From assembly GCF_964194025.1 (NCBI RefSeq), contig NC_134477.1, positions 35,898,001 to 35,962,000 of the forward strand: a DNA stretch of 64,000 bases, read 5' to 3'. Positions within the stretch are counted from its first letter, which is position 1. Every line of letters begins with the position of its first letter. Shown here piece by piece: positions 35,151 through 48,600 of the stretch. Below the pieces are notes generated by a model. The model ran no database searches. It saw only the letters and a program-made list of their open reading frames with translations, and was not told where the DNA came from. The DNA is from Convolutriloba macropyga (Eukaryota). Position numbers and translations under genes: made by a program.

Positions 35151-38100
35151 TGTTCCGACCCCACTTGTACTGTGTTCCGAACTATGTTTTTTTTGTGTTG
35201 TTTATTGGGTTTTTTTTGTGCAGTCAATTTTGGTCGATCGATATATTCATCGCAGAGAAATATGAGTGGTATCATTGAAAAGCTGGTCCAGCGCAGAATT
35301 GAAAATTCAAAAGATTTTTTTTGATTTTTGTTTTTTTAGGAGTTATAGAGGATTGAAGTTTTGTGTGAAAACGGGATATTTGCTCACTTTTAGTGTGATT
35401 TTTCTTCAAATTATATTTTCTATAAAAATAGTATTTCAAACTAAAATTTCTTGCCAAAAAATGAACCAATTTTGTGTTCTTAAAAGACTAAAGGCGTTAA
35501 AAAAGACTAGTTCTGGTCTCATAGGGTGGTTCAATTTCAAAAAAAAGTCGAATTCTATTTGAGAGCTCTTTTTTATAAAATATTTTTACATTTTTTCCCC
35601 ATTTTTAAGTCATCTAGAGACAAGTGACTTTTCATATCGAAGCTCCGTTATGAAAAACCTCTTTTACTGTCAAATGAAGCCCAGTGAACAAAAAAATCGT
35701 TTTCAAGGAATTGCTCATGTTTTTTTGGCGTAGACTCTGAGTTTTCTTAATTTTAAAAGAAATTTTGAATTTCTTTTTGAGGTTTCACTAATTTTTTGGA
35801 GTTTTATGGCATGAACTCTTTGACCGACATTGCAATACGTTCCGTTTATGAGATTTAAGTGAACATATCTGGTGCTTGAGAGGACAGCTAATAGCTGTTA
35901 AGACTCTAGAAATAATTTTTCGAAAAATTTTTTCGAACATTAACCCATCGTAAACTTATTATCGTGAACTTTAAGTCAGTCTCTGCGATGACAGCACCCT
36001 CTTCCGTCCTATTGTAACCACATCTTATCTGACTAGCAATTTTATCTTCTAATTTTGAGTTATATGACTTCAATGACACAAGGTTTCAAAAAATATTAAT
36101 AATTTTTTAGATATTTCCGTATTATTCGTTAATTTTGAAATTGTATCACATTATTCTAAAAATGACATCTCCTATGGGCTTAAAAAACCTTCAGTGGATC
36201 ACAGATAAAATTTTCAGAGAAAAGCCTACGGTTTAAATGGCTTCGACTTTTTCTTCTTACACTTTTTTACTGATTTTTTGGTTTTTGCCTGTTTTTGTTG
36301 TTGTTGTTCTCGTAGTTATAAGACTTGTTGTGATGTCATATTGATCACCTATGTTTGACAAACATCCCTATACTCCCATTGGAGCCTTTTTATTGAGGGT
36401 GTTTTTTGTTTTCCGTCAAAATCTATTGAATTTAATGGCTGTTAAGAACTTAAAGATAATTTTTTCGAAAATTCTCCTTAACATTAACCAATCTTAAAGT
36501 TTTCGTGAGCTGTTAGTCAGTCTCAGTTTAAAAAGGTTTTGCTTTCTATTGCAAATAAAATTAATCTCGTTAGCACTTTTATCTTCTAACTTTTGGTTTA
36601 ATAAGTTCAGTGACAAAAGAATTCAAAATTTTAAAAAAAAACTTTGACATTTTCGTATTATTGGTTACTTTTGAACTCTTATCATATTAACTAAATTTTA
36701 TACACATTATCCAAATAATATTATATTCCCATTGGCTTAAAGAAAACACAGATAAAGTTTTCAGAGAAAAGCTAATACCTTAAATTTTCTCACACTTTTC
36801 TACTGAATTTTGGTTTTCGCCTGTTTTTGTTGTTGTTTTCATAGTCTTAAGACTTATTGTGATGTTTTATTGATTATCTATGCAAGAAAACCTTTTTCCC
36901 CGCCATCGTGTTTTTTTTTACTGTAGTTATTGAACTCCGTTGAAAGCTTTTGAGTTTAAAGGCTGTTAAGACTTTGAAAATAGTTTTTTGAATTTTTTTT
37001 TGTATATTAACCAATCCTAAACTTTTTTTCGTGAACTGTTAGTTAGCCGTAGTAGTTACAGGATTCTTTTTTTTCTAGCCAAGCCAAAAATAATCTGTTT
37101 AGCGGCTTTATTTTCTACCTATTGTTCTTAAAACTTCAATGCCACTAGTTTTTAAATTTTTTTTAAATTTTCGGGTACTTTTTACTAATTTTGGATCCTT
37201 TGAAATCTTACTTTGAAATCACTTTATCCTATTACTGATAGTTACCATTGGTTTAGTCAAGACGTTCAACGGATCATTGATTAAGTTTTCAGAGAAGAGC
37301 TAATGAATATAAAGTTTTCAGAGAAAAGCTTAAGAATATAAAATTTCTACGACACTTTCTTCTGTCAGTTTTCTTGTGAACTTTTAGTTTTTTCCTGTCT
37401 TTGTTGTTGATTTCATCGTCAATAACTTGTTGTAAGGTCCTGTTAATGAAATATGAATGACAATCAGTTTTATGGTCCATTGGAGGCATAATTTCTCGTA
37501 TCTAGTGGATTCCGTTGAAAGCCTATGAATTTAATGGCGTTGATACTACGAGTTTTGCGTTGATAAAATTTCGTGGCTCTAATGTAATTGTTCATATTTG
37601 ATTTTTTGAATTTATATTGATAAAAGAGAGGATTCCCATTACTGTTAAAAGATTATATGAACAAAGTAAACTTTTTAGTGAAAAGTTTTTTTAATGCCTT
37701 CACTACCCTGACACTTTTCTCGCTCACTTTTTTTCATGAAATTGCTGTTTATGCCTGTTTTTCTTCTTTAGGTGGCCGTAAATTGCTGACAAGTCTGTTC
37801 GGCTTGTAAATGAGGATTGAATCAATGATGTTACCCGAAGCAGTCAGTTCGTAGCCTTTAGTCTTAAAGCTTATGATATACATTTTCAAATATTTTTCAA
37901 ACTTTTCAGTTTTTGTTGTTCTTCTCGTCAAATTGTATTTTACTTTTATCGATGAGAGGTCACATCCAATATCTTGTGTTTCAAAAATCAACATATCTAC
38001 TGATATTATTTGTCACCGATGCTTTGTTTTTTGGAGAATATGCGTTTTTATAAACGTTTTTGAGTGGTCATTTTTTCTTTTTCTCTCCTTTTTCTCTTCT

Positions 38101-38877
38101 TTCAGAACAATCGCGTAAAAACAGATCCCAATGGTTTTCAAATGTGGCTCAAATCAACTTATTGAATATCTCAGTATAATTTCTGCAACTGAATTATTAG
38201 AAATAAAAGTTCAATTAAGAATACATAATATTCAGATAATAGCTAATGATTTTAATGGTTGCAATATTTTGTGTATTCGCAAATCGTTTGTAATTTTCTA
38301 AGTTTTTTAGTTCGTTTCTATCGCTTAGTCTACCCAAAGACAGTTCCTTTTGGTTTTGTAATAACTTTTTAGTAATTTATCAAAGATTATTTATTTAAAA
38401 GCTAATGATTTGAATGACTTTTGAAATTTCTTGGTTTCAAAAATGTTGATTAATGTTTGAATTCTGCCTCATTGATCGTTGTCTTTGTTGACCTGCTACC
38501 TAGTCTCATTAGGAAAACTTTCCATCCACAGTTAGGAGAAAGTAAATTTGAGTAGTTAAGGTTTTATCTGACTGCATTTTGACGTTTTTACTATGTGCTT
38601 TTTTAAATTTAGATTTTCAGTTTTTGCCGTGAATTTTTTGTTTTTGCTAATTTTGTTGTTTGTTTTTTTTGTATTGTAGTCTGTTTAATGTTAGATATCA
38701 TTGGCGCTGTAATGAGGCATGGCATTGTGTAATTCAATTTGTAGAAAGGTTGTGTAACAATTGTATCAAACATCTATTTTTGTTATCTCTTCATTTTGTT
38801 GACAATTATGTCAAAAATGTAGATGAGCTGGGGTCGGAACATCATGTACGAACGCACATTAACGAGTCGCCTTGTTT
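35151..38877 (+). mobile_element. HINE family B element with an internal tandem triplication (about 530-bp unit)
   Basis: 12-bp subTIR TGTTCCGACCCC (35151-35162) / GGGGTCGGAACA (38830-38841), then an ATGT.CG-AA-CG.ACAT hairpin; internal units are anchored by GCTGTTAAGA at about 35894, 36438 and 36962. Confidence 0.65.
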
Positions 38878-39680
38878 GCTTTCATTCTCAATACTTATTG
38901 TTTCTAGCGTGATTCCGTTTTTTCAAGATTTTCAATGAGCTGCTTATCAGCTCAACGATCTGTTTATGCTGAAAATTGTTTTAATTGATAAACTGAAATA
39001 TGACCACTTTTTATATTTTTTAAAGTGATTAATATGCTACTAAAAAGCAATAGTGCCTAAAAGAGTTTTTGGGAAATGCCAACAATTACGTTTTGCAATT
39101 GAAAAATTTTTTCCATTCAGTTTACCGGGCTGTTTTCTACCTACTAGAATAATCTTTTGCAATGTTTTTGGAATCTCTGAGAAACAACTGCTTTTCACAT
39201 TTTTCAGAATTATGTGTTGTGATACTGAATTGAGGATTTTTTCATTATCAATGAATGCCGATTTCTCCTGATTGTTATTTTTGTTATACAAAAGTTCACT
39301 CAAAATTACAGCATCTCTGGAAAATTTTGTTTCTGAAACTTTAAAATTGTTTCTTATTGAGATTTTGGTTGATAAAATTTTCTTACTTGATTCAGGAGGA
39401 GGCGGTCAAAGAGTTTTGCTCACAGTGCTGCTACTGAAATCGGCCGATTGATTTCATTTAATCTGCTCTTTCGTTGCTCGGTCTTTCAAAAGCGACTTTT
39501 GTAGTATATGGATTTTTTAAAATTATGCACGTGTTGAAGACGATTTGTAGGCTAATTTTAAATTAGTCACTATTGCCCGGATTTGAAATTTATAAAATGC
39601 TTTGAAGACCCTTTGACAAAACTTAATTACAAAACATTTTGATTCCGAAAGCTTTAATGTTTGATTACATAATATTTTAA

Positions 39681-39682
<2 letters not shown>

Positions 39683-39753
<71 letters not shown>
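39683..39753. repeat. (TA)n microsatellite
   Basis: Interrupted TA run. Confidence 0.95.
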
Positions 39754-39756
<3 letters not shown>

Positions 39757-41414
39757 ATAGAAAAGAGTGAAATCAAATGTTAATTAGTGGTATCAAATAC
39801 AAAATCAAGTTTTAATTTATAATTTTCGATATCCTACGAACACTCACATACAGAGTTTGAGAATTGTCCGTACTTTTTTTCGGAAAATGGACATCTACTT
39901 TAGCTCTCAATTATTAGTGTATCTTGTAACAAAAATTTTTTACAGATAACGTTCTGGTTTGACGACCACAATCATACAAACCTTGTTAGTGAGATCTTGA
40001 TGGTGCGTTTTTAAAAGAAAATTTTCAATTTGACTTAAATTAAGTGAAAGGATCATTTACGGAAATCTTTAATAAGACTATAGACAAAACGGGAGCTTTT
40101 AGTTACGAAAAATTTAACAAACTTTAATTCAGACATTTTCATTATTTGGTGATGTAAACACAGAAAGGAAAGAAGTTTCTTGTTTGGTTTGATGTAAATC
40201 GTAAAATCCTTCTGAAATATCGAATTTTCCGAGTGCAGGACACGTAATGCATGCTTTATTAATATCTTAAAATAAACTTCTAGCCAAAGTGACAAAACTT
40301 GACATGACCTTCAACTCATTTTGTAATGATTTCTTTCTATTCGGTAATAGTTTTTGGAAAAATTTTCAACTGTCTCTTGGGTAAAACTGGTTAGAAAATT
40401 TTTTATCTGTTCGGCGTATTTGAAACCCGAAAAGATAGAAAAGTGAAAATAATTTACTGAATGATGTGATCTAACTTTTTAATTTCTCTTTTGTGGCCGT
40501 TGATTTAATCGTGGCCAGTCTTTTGTTGTTTGCTACTTCTAGTGAGTCAACTGATCGCAGAAATTCGTTTTGCGAATTACTGTCAGCTTTTGTTGAAGTC
40601 AAATTTTCAGTGCAACTGATTTCCCTCGTTCGACTTTGAGTTTCTGTGATAGGCTGTTTTATTTTGAAAAATAAGTTACAATCCTTTTTTTACATCTCGT
40701 AAAATTACATCAAAATATAGATTTCCAGTTTCCTTATTTAAGGAGGTCGTACTCAATGATGCTCAGGCAAATTGCTGCAAATTAAGTTTTGCAAAACTTA
40801 AAGGCACTTTTCTTCCCAGAGGATAGAAAACTTTTTGACAGACTTGAGACGTATATTCTAACATTCTCTGTTACATACAGTCTCGCACGAGTCGTCTTGT
40901 TTTAAAATTTAATTAGCAGTAATAAATAAGCGTCTATTATATGCTAAAATTGGAAATGAAACAGCGTCATAATTAATCATTTTCGTCATAATTCGACGGG
41001 ATAGACGATAATAATAATATGAACAGTACAATACTGTATCATGAAGTTTAAACCCTACTATAATCCGCTTATTACTGAGTTTAAGAGGTGTTACATTGTT
41101 CCAACCGTGCTTTGATTGCTACTTAGATCAGCGAATTCGTTCAAAAAACAAAATCTCCAAGACATTTGTTTGTATTGTTAGCTGCTACTGTTCTTTTTCA
41201 AAAGCCATGCTTACAATTCAAAACACACCAACTTCAAAATCAATTCTTTTAATATTCAAAAACTATAAAACTTTATTTACCATTTGTTCATATTTTATGA
41301 AAACTTCTTGTGCTTAACATGGTCAATTTGTATTAACAACATTGTAATGAAAATCAGCACAAGAATAATGAATTTTATTGAGTTGTAGTTATTATTGTTG
41401 GCATAATTTATAAC

Positions 41415-41611
41415 ATGGTTAACATGGTGGTTAGTACTGGTGGTGGTTGTGATGGTGTGAAGAACAGAACCCAGGCATATGTTCACGAAGCGGCCAGAGG
41501 CGGACTGGAAAAGGGGATTCTGTGCAATTTGGGAACTCTGAAGGTGGGTCAGGTACCAGCTGGATAACATATACGGAGTTAATAACTAAAGCTTTTGTTC
41601 CGACCCCCCTT

Positions 41612-41656
<45 letters not shown>

Positions 41657-42566
41657 CCGGACCGAATTCCAAGTCTATATCAGTACCAGGCAAGTCTAAA
41701 TCCAAGTCTTATTTAGTTTCCCAGTACTGGGCAAGTCTAAATACAAGTCTTACAAGTCTGGCAAGTCTTAACCAAGACTTGGATAACACTTGGAAGTTGA
41801 TTCCCAAGTCAAAACCAACTTTGCAAAAAATTTCGAGTGAAATTTTCGAAATCAAAAAATTTCGCAACGTGGCACGATTTTGGCATTACTTTTTGGACAC
41901 TTTCCCGGGGTGCTAGAGAATGATGCCGGGGCATACAAAATTGTATATTAGCACTCGGGGGGAATATTGAGGGTATTTATGCACTATTTCAGGCGTTCTG
42001 GGCCGTTTTCAGCCATTTTTCAGCCGTTTGCACCCGTTTTAAGCCGTTTTCAGCCGAACATTAGCCAAAAATCGACAATTACTTTTTCATTTTTGGCAAA
42101 TTCGAATACTTCTCAAGGAAAAGTCCTTAAAAAAGGAAACACCGCCGTGAGGGTGCCAATGCTAAACCGAGGCCCTCTCGTTCAACTCAATGTTGATGCA
42201 CTGCAGAACCTTTCAAATCGACGTTTCCCCGGCTATTTTTGACATTTTGTTCGGCTATTTTTGACGTTTGCTCGGCTATTTTTGACGTTTTTTACGGCTA
42301 TTTTTGACGTTTCCCCGACTGTTTTAGACGTTTTTTTTTCGGCTATTTCTGACATTTTTTCGTTTATTTTAGACGTTTTTTTCGGCTGTTTTTGACGTTT
42401 TTTTTTCGGCTAGCCGAGACTTGGATTTAGAATTGCCGAGTTTTAAATCAGACTTGGATTTAGAATTGCCAAGCCTTAAATCAGACTTGGATTTAGAATT
42501 GCCAAGTCTTAAATCAGACTTGGATTTAGACTTGCCCAGTACTGAAATTGACTTGGCGTTAGGTCC

Positions 42567-42614
<48 letters not shown>

Positions 42615-45600
42615 AGGGGGGGGGGGGGGTAAATGCTCAACTGGGTTCTTTTATTCAGTCAGTTTTGGCCGATCGATATATTGGAATATATCGATCGGCC
42701 AAAACTGACTGAATAAAAGAAAATGATCATTTATTTTAGGGAGTTGTGAGTGGCAATTATATTTACCACCAATTATATATACCATTTATATATATTGGCT
42801 AACTTGAAAAGTGGAACTGATTTTATTTAATTTTTTTTTCATTTGATACCCTATTGCTCCTATGTTTCCGAATATTTTCATCAGTAATTTTTATCAGTGA
42901 ATTTTTGAATTTTAGAACTTAACCTTATATCTGACAATTTGTAGTTAAGTCCCATTAATGACTGGTACCATTCTCGTTCAAATGAAGCAAAAGCAATCTT
43001 TAGAGCCACTCTGTTTAAACTAATGGCTCTGTTGACGTAAAAACTTTGAGCTTTATTTTTAAAAAAATGTTGATTTGTGGATATTTTCCCAGATGTAAGG
43101 TTCTTTTTTGACCTCTTGCATATTATCACATTAAAGAAAGATCACATTGATATTATAAGGAAGCCCATGCGAACATATAAAACATTTTTGATGATTAGCA
43201 TACGTTTTATTGGATTCGAGAGTTGCCTCGCAAGTTTCCATTGATTATTCGACGTTTTTTGTAATTGATCTTATTTTTGTAGTCCATGCGACAATAACAA
43301 CGCCAGTATAAGTGAAAATATTTAAAAAGTTTGTCAACCTAGTGTCAATTGTCAACCTATTGTCATTCATGTCAGGTCCGTCAACTTTCCTCACAAGCAA
43401 TCACTTTGCCCACTGATTTTGTGTTTTGCTTGTTTTTGCTTGCATTTCGTGTTTTATCGTCTTATGACTTAGTCTCACTAACTACGGGTTCCATTGGTTT
43501 TCCCAAGAGCTGCATGCAAATCATTCTAGCACTTTTGTGCTGAAGAACTGAGGATTGTTACGGTTATTAAAGTTATTTATTGTGCAGAAAGCTCAACGGA
43601 TTTTTGGGCTTTGCCCATTCTTGTTTTTCTTTTTTATCTCGACTTCATAACTAGTCTTATTAAGCAAAGATCCCATATACATTGTAGTGAGATACAAGAT
43701 TATTTGTTTAGTTTAGCTTTTATCAGATAATATTTCGATTTTATTGATAAGCGTTTAGAAAATTAAATTGTTGATTTTGCCATTAGTTATTTTTTGGTAT
43801 TTTTTTGCTGTTTGTCTTGTCTCGTAGTCTCCTCAATGACAGGTCTCATCGATCATCTAATGCCGCCATAATTTTTTAAAAATCAATTTATTGGTTTAAA
43901 TTTCTAATTATTACAATTTTTATTGCTCTTGCACCGATTGTTTTCGAACAGTATATGAGTTTATGAAAGTTTGCTTCCTTCTTCCCAATCGGTTTACAGT
44001 TATGTCAACATGTGTATCAGCGGGGTCGGAACATTATGTTCGCCATGGCCCAACCTCTTTGTATGAAATAAATGCTTGGTAGTTTTGAGTTTGGACGCTC
44101 TGATAAGTAGTTACGTATGACTTAATTCTTTAGGAGTCTTTTTGAAGCTCATATTAACAATCATATTTTCAAAATAAAGTAGGAAAAGTAAGAGATGAAT
44201 TTAAGATCAAGAGAAACATTTTGTTGAAAATGTTTTAAAAATTGCGGCTAATAGCTGAAACTTAAAACAGCGGCCAGGTTAACATTAAAAATTAGGGGAG
44301 ATATATTCATGACCTTATTGGAGTCGACGTAAATTGTTCAATTTAATCTAAATACCTAACTGCGTAAATTTTAAATGTCACTGATGATGTCAAATCGAGC
44401 AGATTCAATCTTCCAAGAGTAGTTTGAGTCCTTCCAGACTTTTGTCTACGATAATAAAAACAATTTTTCTCAATTACCGCCTGATAAGACCATTTTCTAG
44501 ATATTTTATGCCCACAAAGATGGGGGGGGGGCACAATGAATTCTAATTAATTTTACACTAGACAAATAAATTTGTGTCAACTTTATTAGCCCGTGCAGAT
44601 TTAAGATATTCTGAGCAGATCGCAAAGTCTAGAAAACTTCAGCTCGGTTTTCTTTCATCATTTTTTCCATCATTTCAAGCCTCATCATTTTTTGCAGATG
44701 GAAGGTTGTTTTAGATTAAAATCATTTAAACTTTATTCAAAGCTAATTGATGAGCAAGGTGGTAGTCTTGTTTGAAGGGTTTAAGACGTCAAGTGCAAAT
44801 ATATAACCAACGCGCACCTAAACCTGGGCGTCCTTCGATTTTTTACCGAATGTTTGTTTTTCCTTTGTTCAGAAGTTCACGCCTGAAGAGGAGCAGTCTT
44901 TTGCAGCCAAGAAGATGCCAGATGAGAACCAGCAGCTGGTCAGTTACTACGTGTTTGCACCCAGGGCACCTCCTAACACGACTAAACCGATGCTGCAGTA
45001 CAAAAGGTACTCTCATCTTAATAATAATAAGGTACTCTCTTAGTAATAATTTTTCCAAATACATATCGAGTAATTCACTTAATGATTACACAAATAATTG
45101 ACAATCAGGAAGTTATCTGTATTTGGGGAGAACATCAAATATGTCAATGGACCTGTCAGAGTGATGTCTCCTCAGGACAAATGTGAGCTTTATCAGTTTT
45201 TGTTCTATCATCGACAAACTCACCATGTAAATGGCTTTTCCCCAAGAACATCAAGTTAGTCAGTGATTATAATAAAAAGAGTATATTTTAAAAAGATCAT
45301 GAGAAAACCACCAACTACCAAAAAACAATTACCAAGTCGCTGCCACCTAGAATAAAGTTATTTTCGTTCGGTAGACTATTATTTATCTTGTATTCTTCAA
45401 AATTATTTTTTTTGGAGAAATAAGGTACTTGTGACAGTTTTCACGTGTCTTAGATAGTTATGACAAACCTTTTTATTTGCTAGTTGATGACCAATGTCCA
45501 CAAAAAATCATTGATTTGATCACAAGATAACAAACTACTTCTGTTTTCCATCTGGTCGTTCTTAATGTCTTTAGCTAAGTGGAATAAAGTCCGGGAACTA

Positions 45601-48600
45601 TGTTTATAAGGGTCCTTTTTTTCATAGTGTTCAGTTTTAGTCAACCTGCAGAGAGACTTCAGCCCGTTATTTACTACTCTGTACTTCACTTGGTCTTCCT
45701 CAAGCTTGCTTCTAAGATAATAGTTCCATAAAACGTGTTTTTTCTGCGACAAGTTTTTAATTTTATTGGTAAACCATTTTTTTATAACCACTTCTATTGA
45801 AAATAGTTTTTTGGTAGATAAATTTCCATGGCCTCTACAATCAATTCCTGAATGACAGTAAATTCATCATTTAACTCTAAAAATTTGATGAAGCTTTTAT
45901 TTTCCTGAAACTTTTTGTAAAGCCAACAATTAATAGCAAGACATAAGTTCTCATCTTTAAGCTTATGTAGTTGTTTGATCAACTTCGGTCAGGGGGAACA
46001 TTATTTTTTGTTGCAATGTCTAGTTCTAAAAAAATTGGATAATGATCTGAAATTTTGGTTTTCTCTAAATAGAACTTTCAATTGTGATTAGCAAAAAAGG
46101 TCAATTGCTTTTTGGCTATTTACAGTTTTTCGTGTACAATCATAGCTGTTTTTTAAATCATATTCAAATAACTTGAGAAATTATTTTAGCTTTATGCTAT
46201 TTTTATTCAATTTTTTAACATCTGTGTTGAAATCATCGCACAGTATACGTGTGTCGACATCGCTTTTAGTTTTTTCGAAGTGTTCAATCAGATCATCTGT
46301 AAAATTGTCGGTTGAGTAAACTGGCGCTTTGTATAAAACAGATACTAAGCACTTGCTTTCGCCTGATTCTATTTCAACAGTGAGGATTTGTTGGAGCTTT
46401 TTAGTTGTTATTTGAATTATTCTTATGGAGGGTTCATTACTGACAAAAAACACGACACCACCACCTCTACTCTCTCTGTCACAAGTTATCAAATTGGAGT
46501 AACCTGTAAGCTGAAGTGATCCTTTTAATATTTTTTGGATGTCCAAGTTTCAGTCAGAGCAATAATGTGAGGCTTTGTATCAAGATGATGTAAAAGAATT
46601 TCATGCTCATCAAAGTTTTTTTTGAATTGAACGAATGTTTTGAAGCAAAACTTTAAATCTCATATGTTAAACAAAAGTTAACGTCATGCGTTTCTATAGT
46701 TTTTTTAGAAACAAACACCTTTTTTAATAAATTATCTATTCAAGAAATTGCTCAGTATTCTATTTAACACAAAAAAATAAATAAAAAACTTTATTTAGCG
46801 CTCGAAATTCGTAGAAGTCGCAAATTAAAAGTAGTCAACATATAATTTTTATCGAATAAAATTTTATTTGGTATCAGGAATTGCGGAAGTTGCAATCCTG
46901 TTTGGTTATGAAAATCTTAAGAGTCTGAGAATCGCGGAAGTTGCAATTCTGTTTTTTTTTGTTGAACCTTGAGTCAGATTCGCAAGAAAGAGAACGTCTA
47001 GGATCCAAATTTGGACACATCACAATCGAATCGCGGATGTCGCAGATTAACTGGTGTTTGTTATATAATTTTGTAAGTAATTGTCTCAATGAGATCAAAA
47101 GCTGTACCTTATTGGAATAAAAACCCTTAGCCGAAAAAAGTAAAATAAACTCAAAGTTCTTAATTAGAAAGTTGAATTTAGAATGAAAACCGGCAAAGCC
47201 CAAAAATGACTCGTTACGTACTTGTTATGCACTGAGAACTGAAAGTTTTGTTTGTTCAATCAATCTAATTGAACGCACTCTGTATTAGACAAAAGAGTGA
47301 TCATTGTGTTTCACAATGTTTCAGTTTTTCTCCCATCAGCCGTTTTTGATCTGGCGACATTGAGGCATGAGATCTCATAGCTTTGTCGAATCATGAGGTC
47401 ATTTGAAGGCATTTCTTGTGTTATTTGGGAATGTTTTAGAAGTGCCAACGTTTCTTAAAACCGGATTTCTCAAGTTGTCCATATCAGAGGCATTGTTTAC
47501 TTTCACGTACACATTGTTATCGCTATTGTTTTTGCACATCACCGAGACTCTGCAGTTATTGCTGACCGTATTTTGTTCTTATTTTCAGCACGCTTTTTGA
47601 CAAACGCCTCTAATGGAGGGAGTCTTTCTTTCATCCAAATATTTTTGTTGTTGATTTCGTTTTTCATCGATTTAAGCATTCTACGATTTTTGTATATCAC
47701 TGTTTTATCGTTGAAGTGAACAAATTTGACAATGATTGAAGGAATTATTTTATCTTGCAGGGGTACGGGTTCAGGAAGTATATGGTATGCTTTTAATCTC
47801 GATTACAAAATCGTAATATCAGTTCTCTTGTACATTTTATTGGGAAAATCAGGAAGCTGAGTTAGAAAAGTTTCCTCATGTCGAGAATCACAGAGCGGGT
47901 TATCGACAATTATAGAATTTTCACTTGTGTACCTTTCTTGCTCACTTAAACTGTTGTCGAGACTTAATACAAAGTCCCATAATTCAGCAAAACTCTGAGT
48001 GGTCTTGATGCTCTTGGTCTTGATGCTCCTTTAGTTGTTGTACAACAGCCAGCACAGCTGCTTTTGTAGCCTCATCAGTGATTCCAGCAATAAGAGCATC
48101 AATAGATTCCATTGATAATTAAGAAGTTGCAAAAACTGAGTTTAAAAGAGCAAATATGTCTATAAATTGAACAATCAATAGTGTTTTGTTCAGCAATTGA
48201 TATATTTGAACGCAATCGGTAACTTCAAAGTTAAGCTAGAGCGCAGACGACCTCTAAAAACGCAAACATTTCTCTCAACTTGATAAGCTCCCTAATCATT
48301 ATAGGATTCTGTTCATTCTAATTACGCATTTTTTGCACAGCTTAGTCAACTTTCTTGCAACTTTTTAGTCAGTCATTCTGAAATACAAACGTGAGCGATC
48401 CTAATTGTTTCGGGATTTATGACCAAAGATAGGACATGAAAAACGACTGAATGGTTGAGATTCGACTAGCAATGTCTTTGCTATCCTGGTTACCTCCAAA
48501 TTTTTTGGTATTCCAGCCCTGAAATCAAATAAGGAAAATTCGAACACGAAGCGATGGCTTAAACATTTTCCGGTGCGGCGGATTTGGAGATAGGCACCCT

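Noticed and set aside
42421-42708. 95-aa ORF with DLDLELPSLKS repeats
   Set aside because: Translation of the 33-bp subterminal repeats and the TG microsatellite of the MITE.
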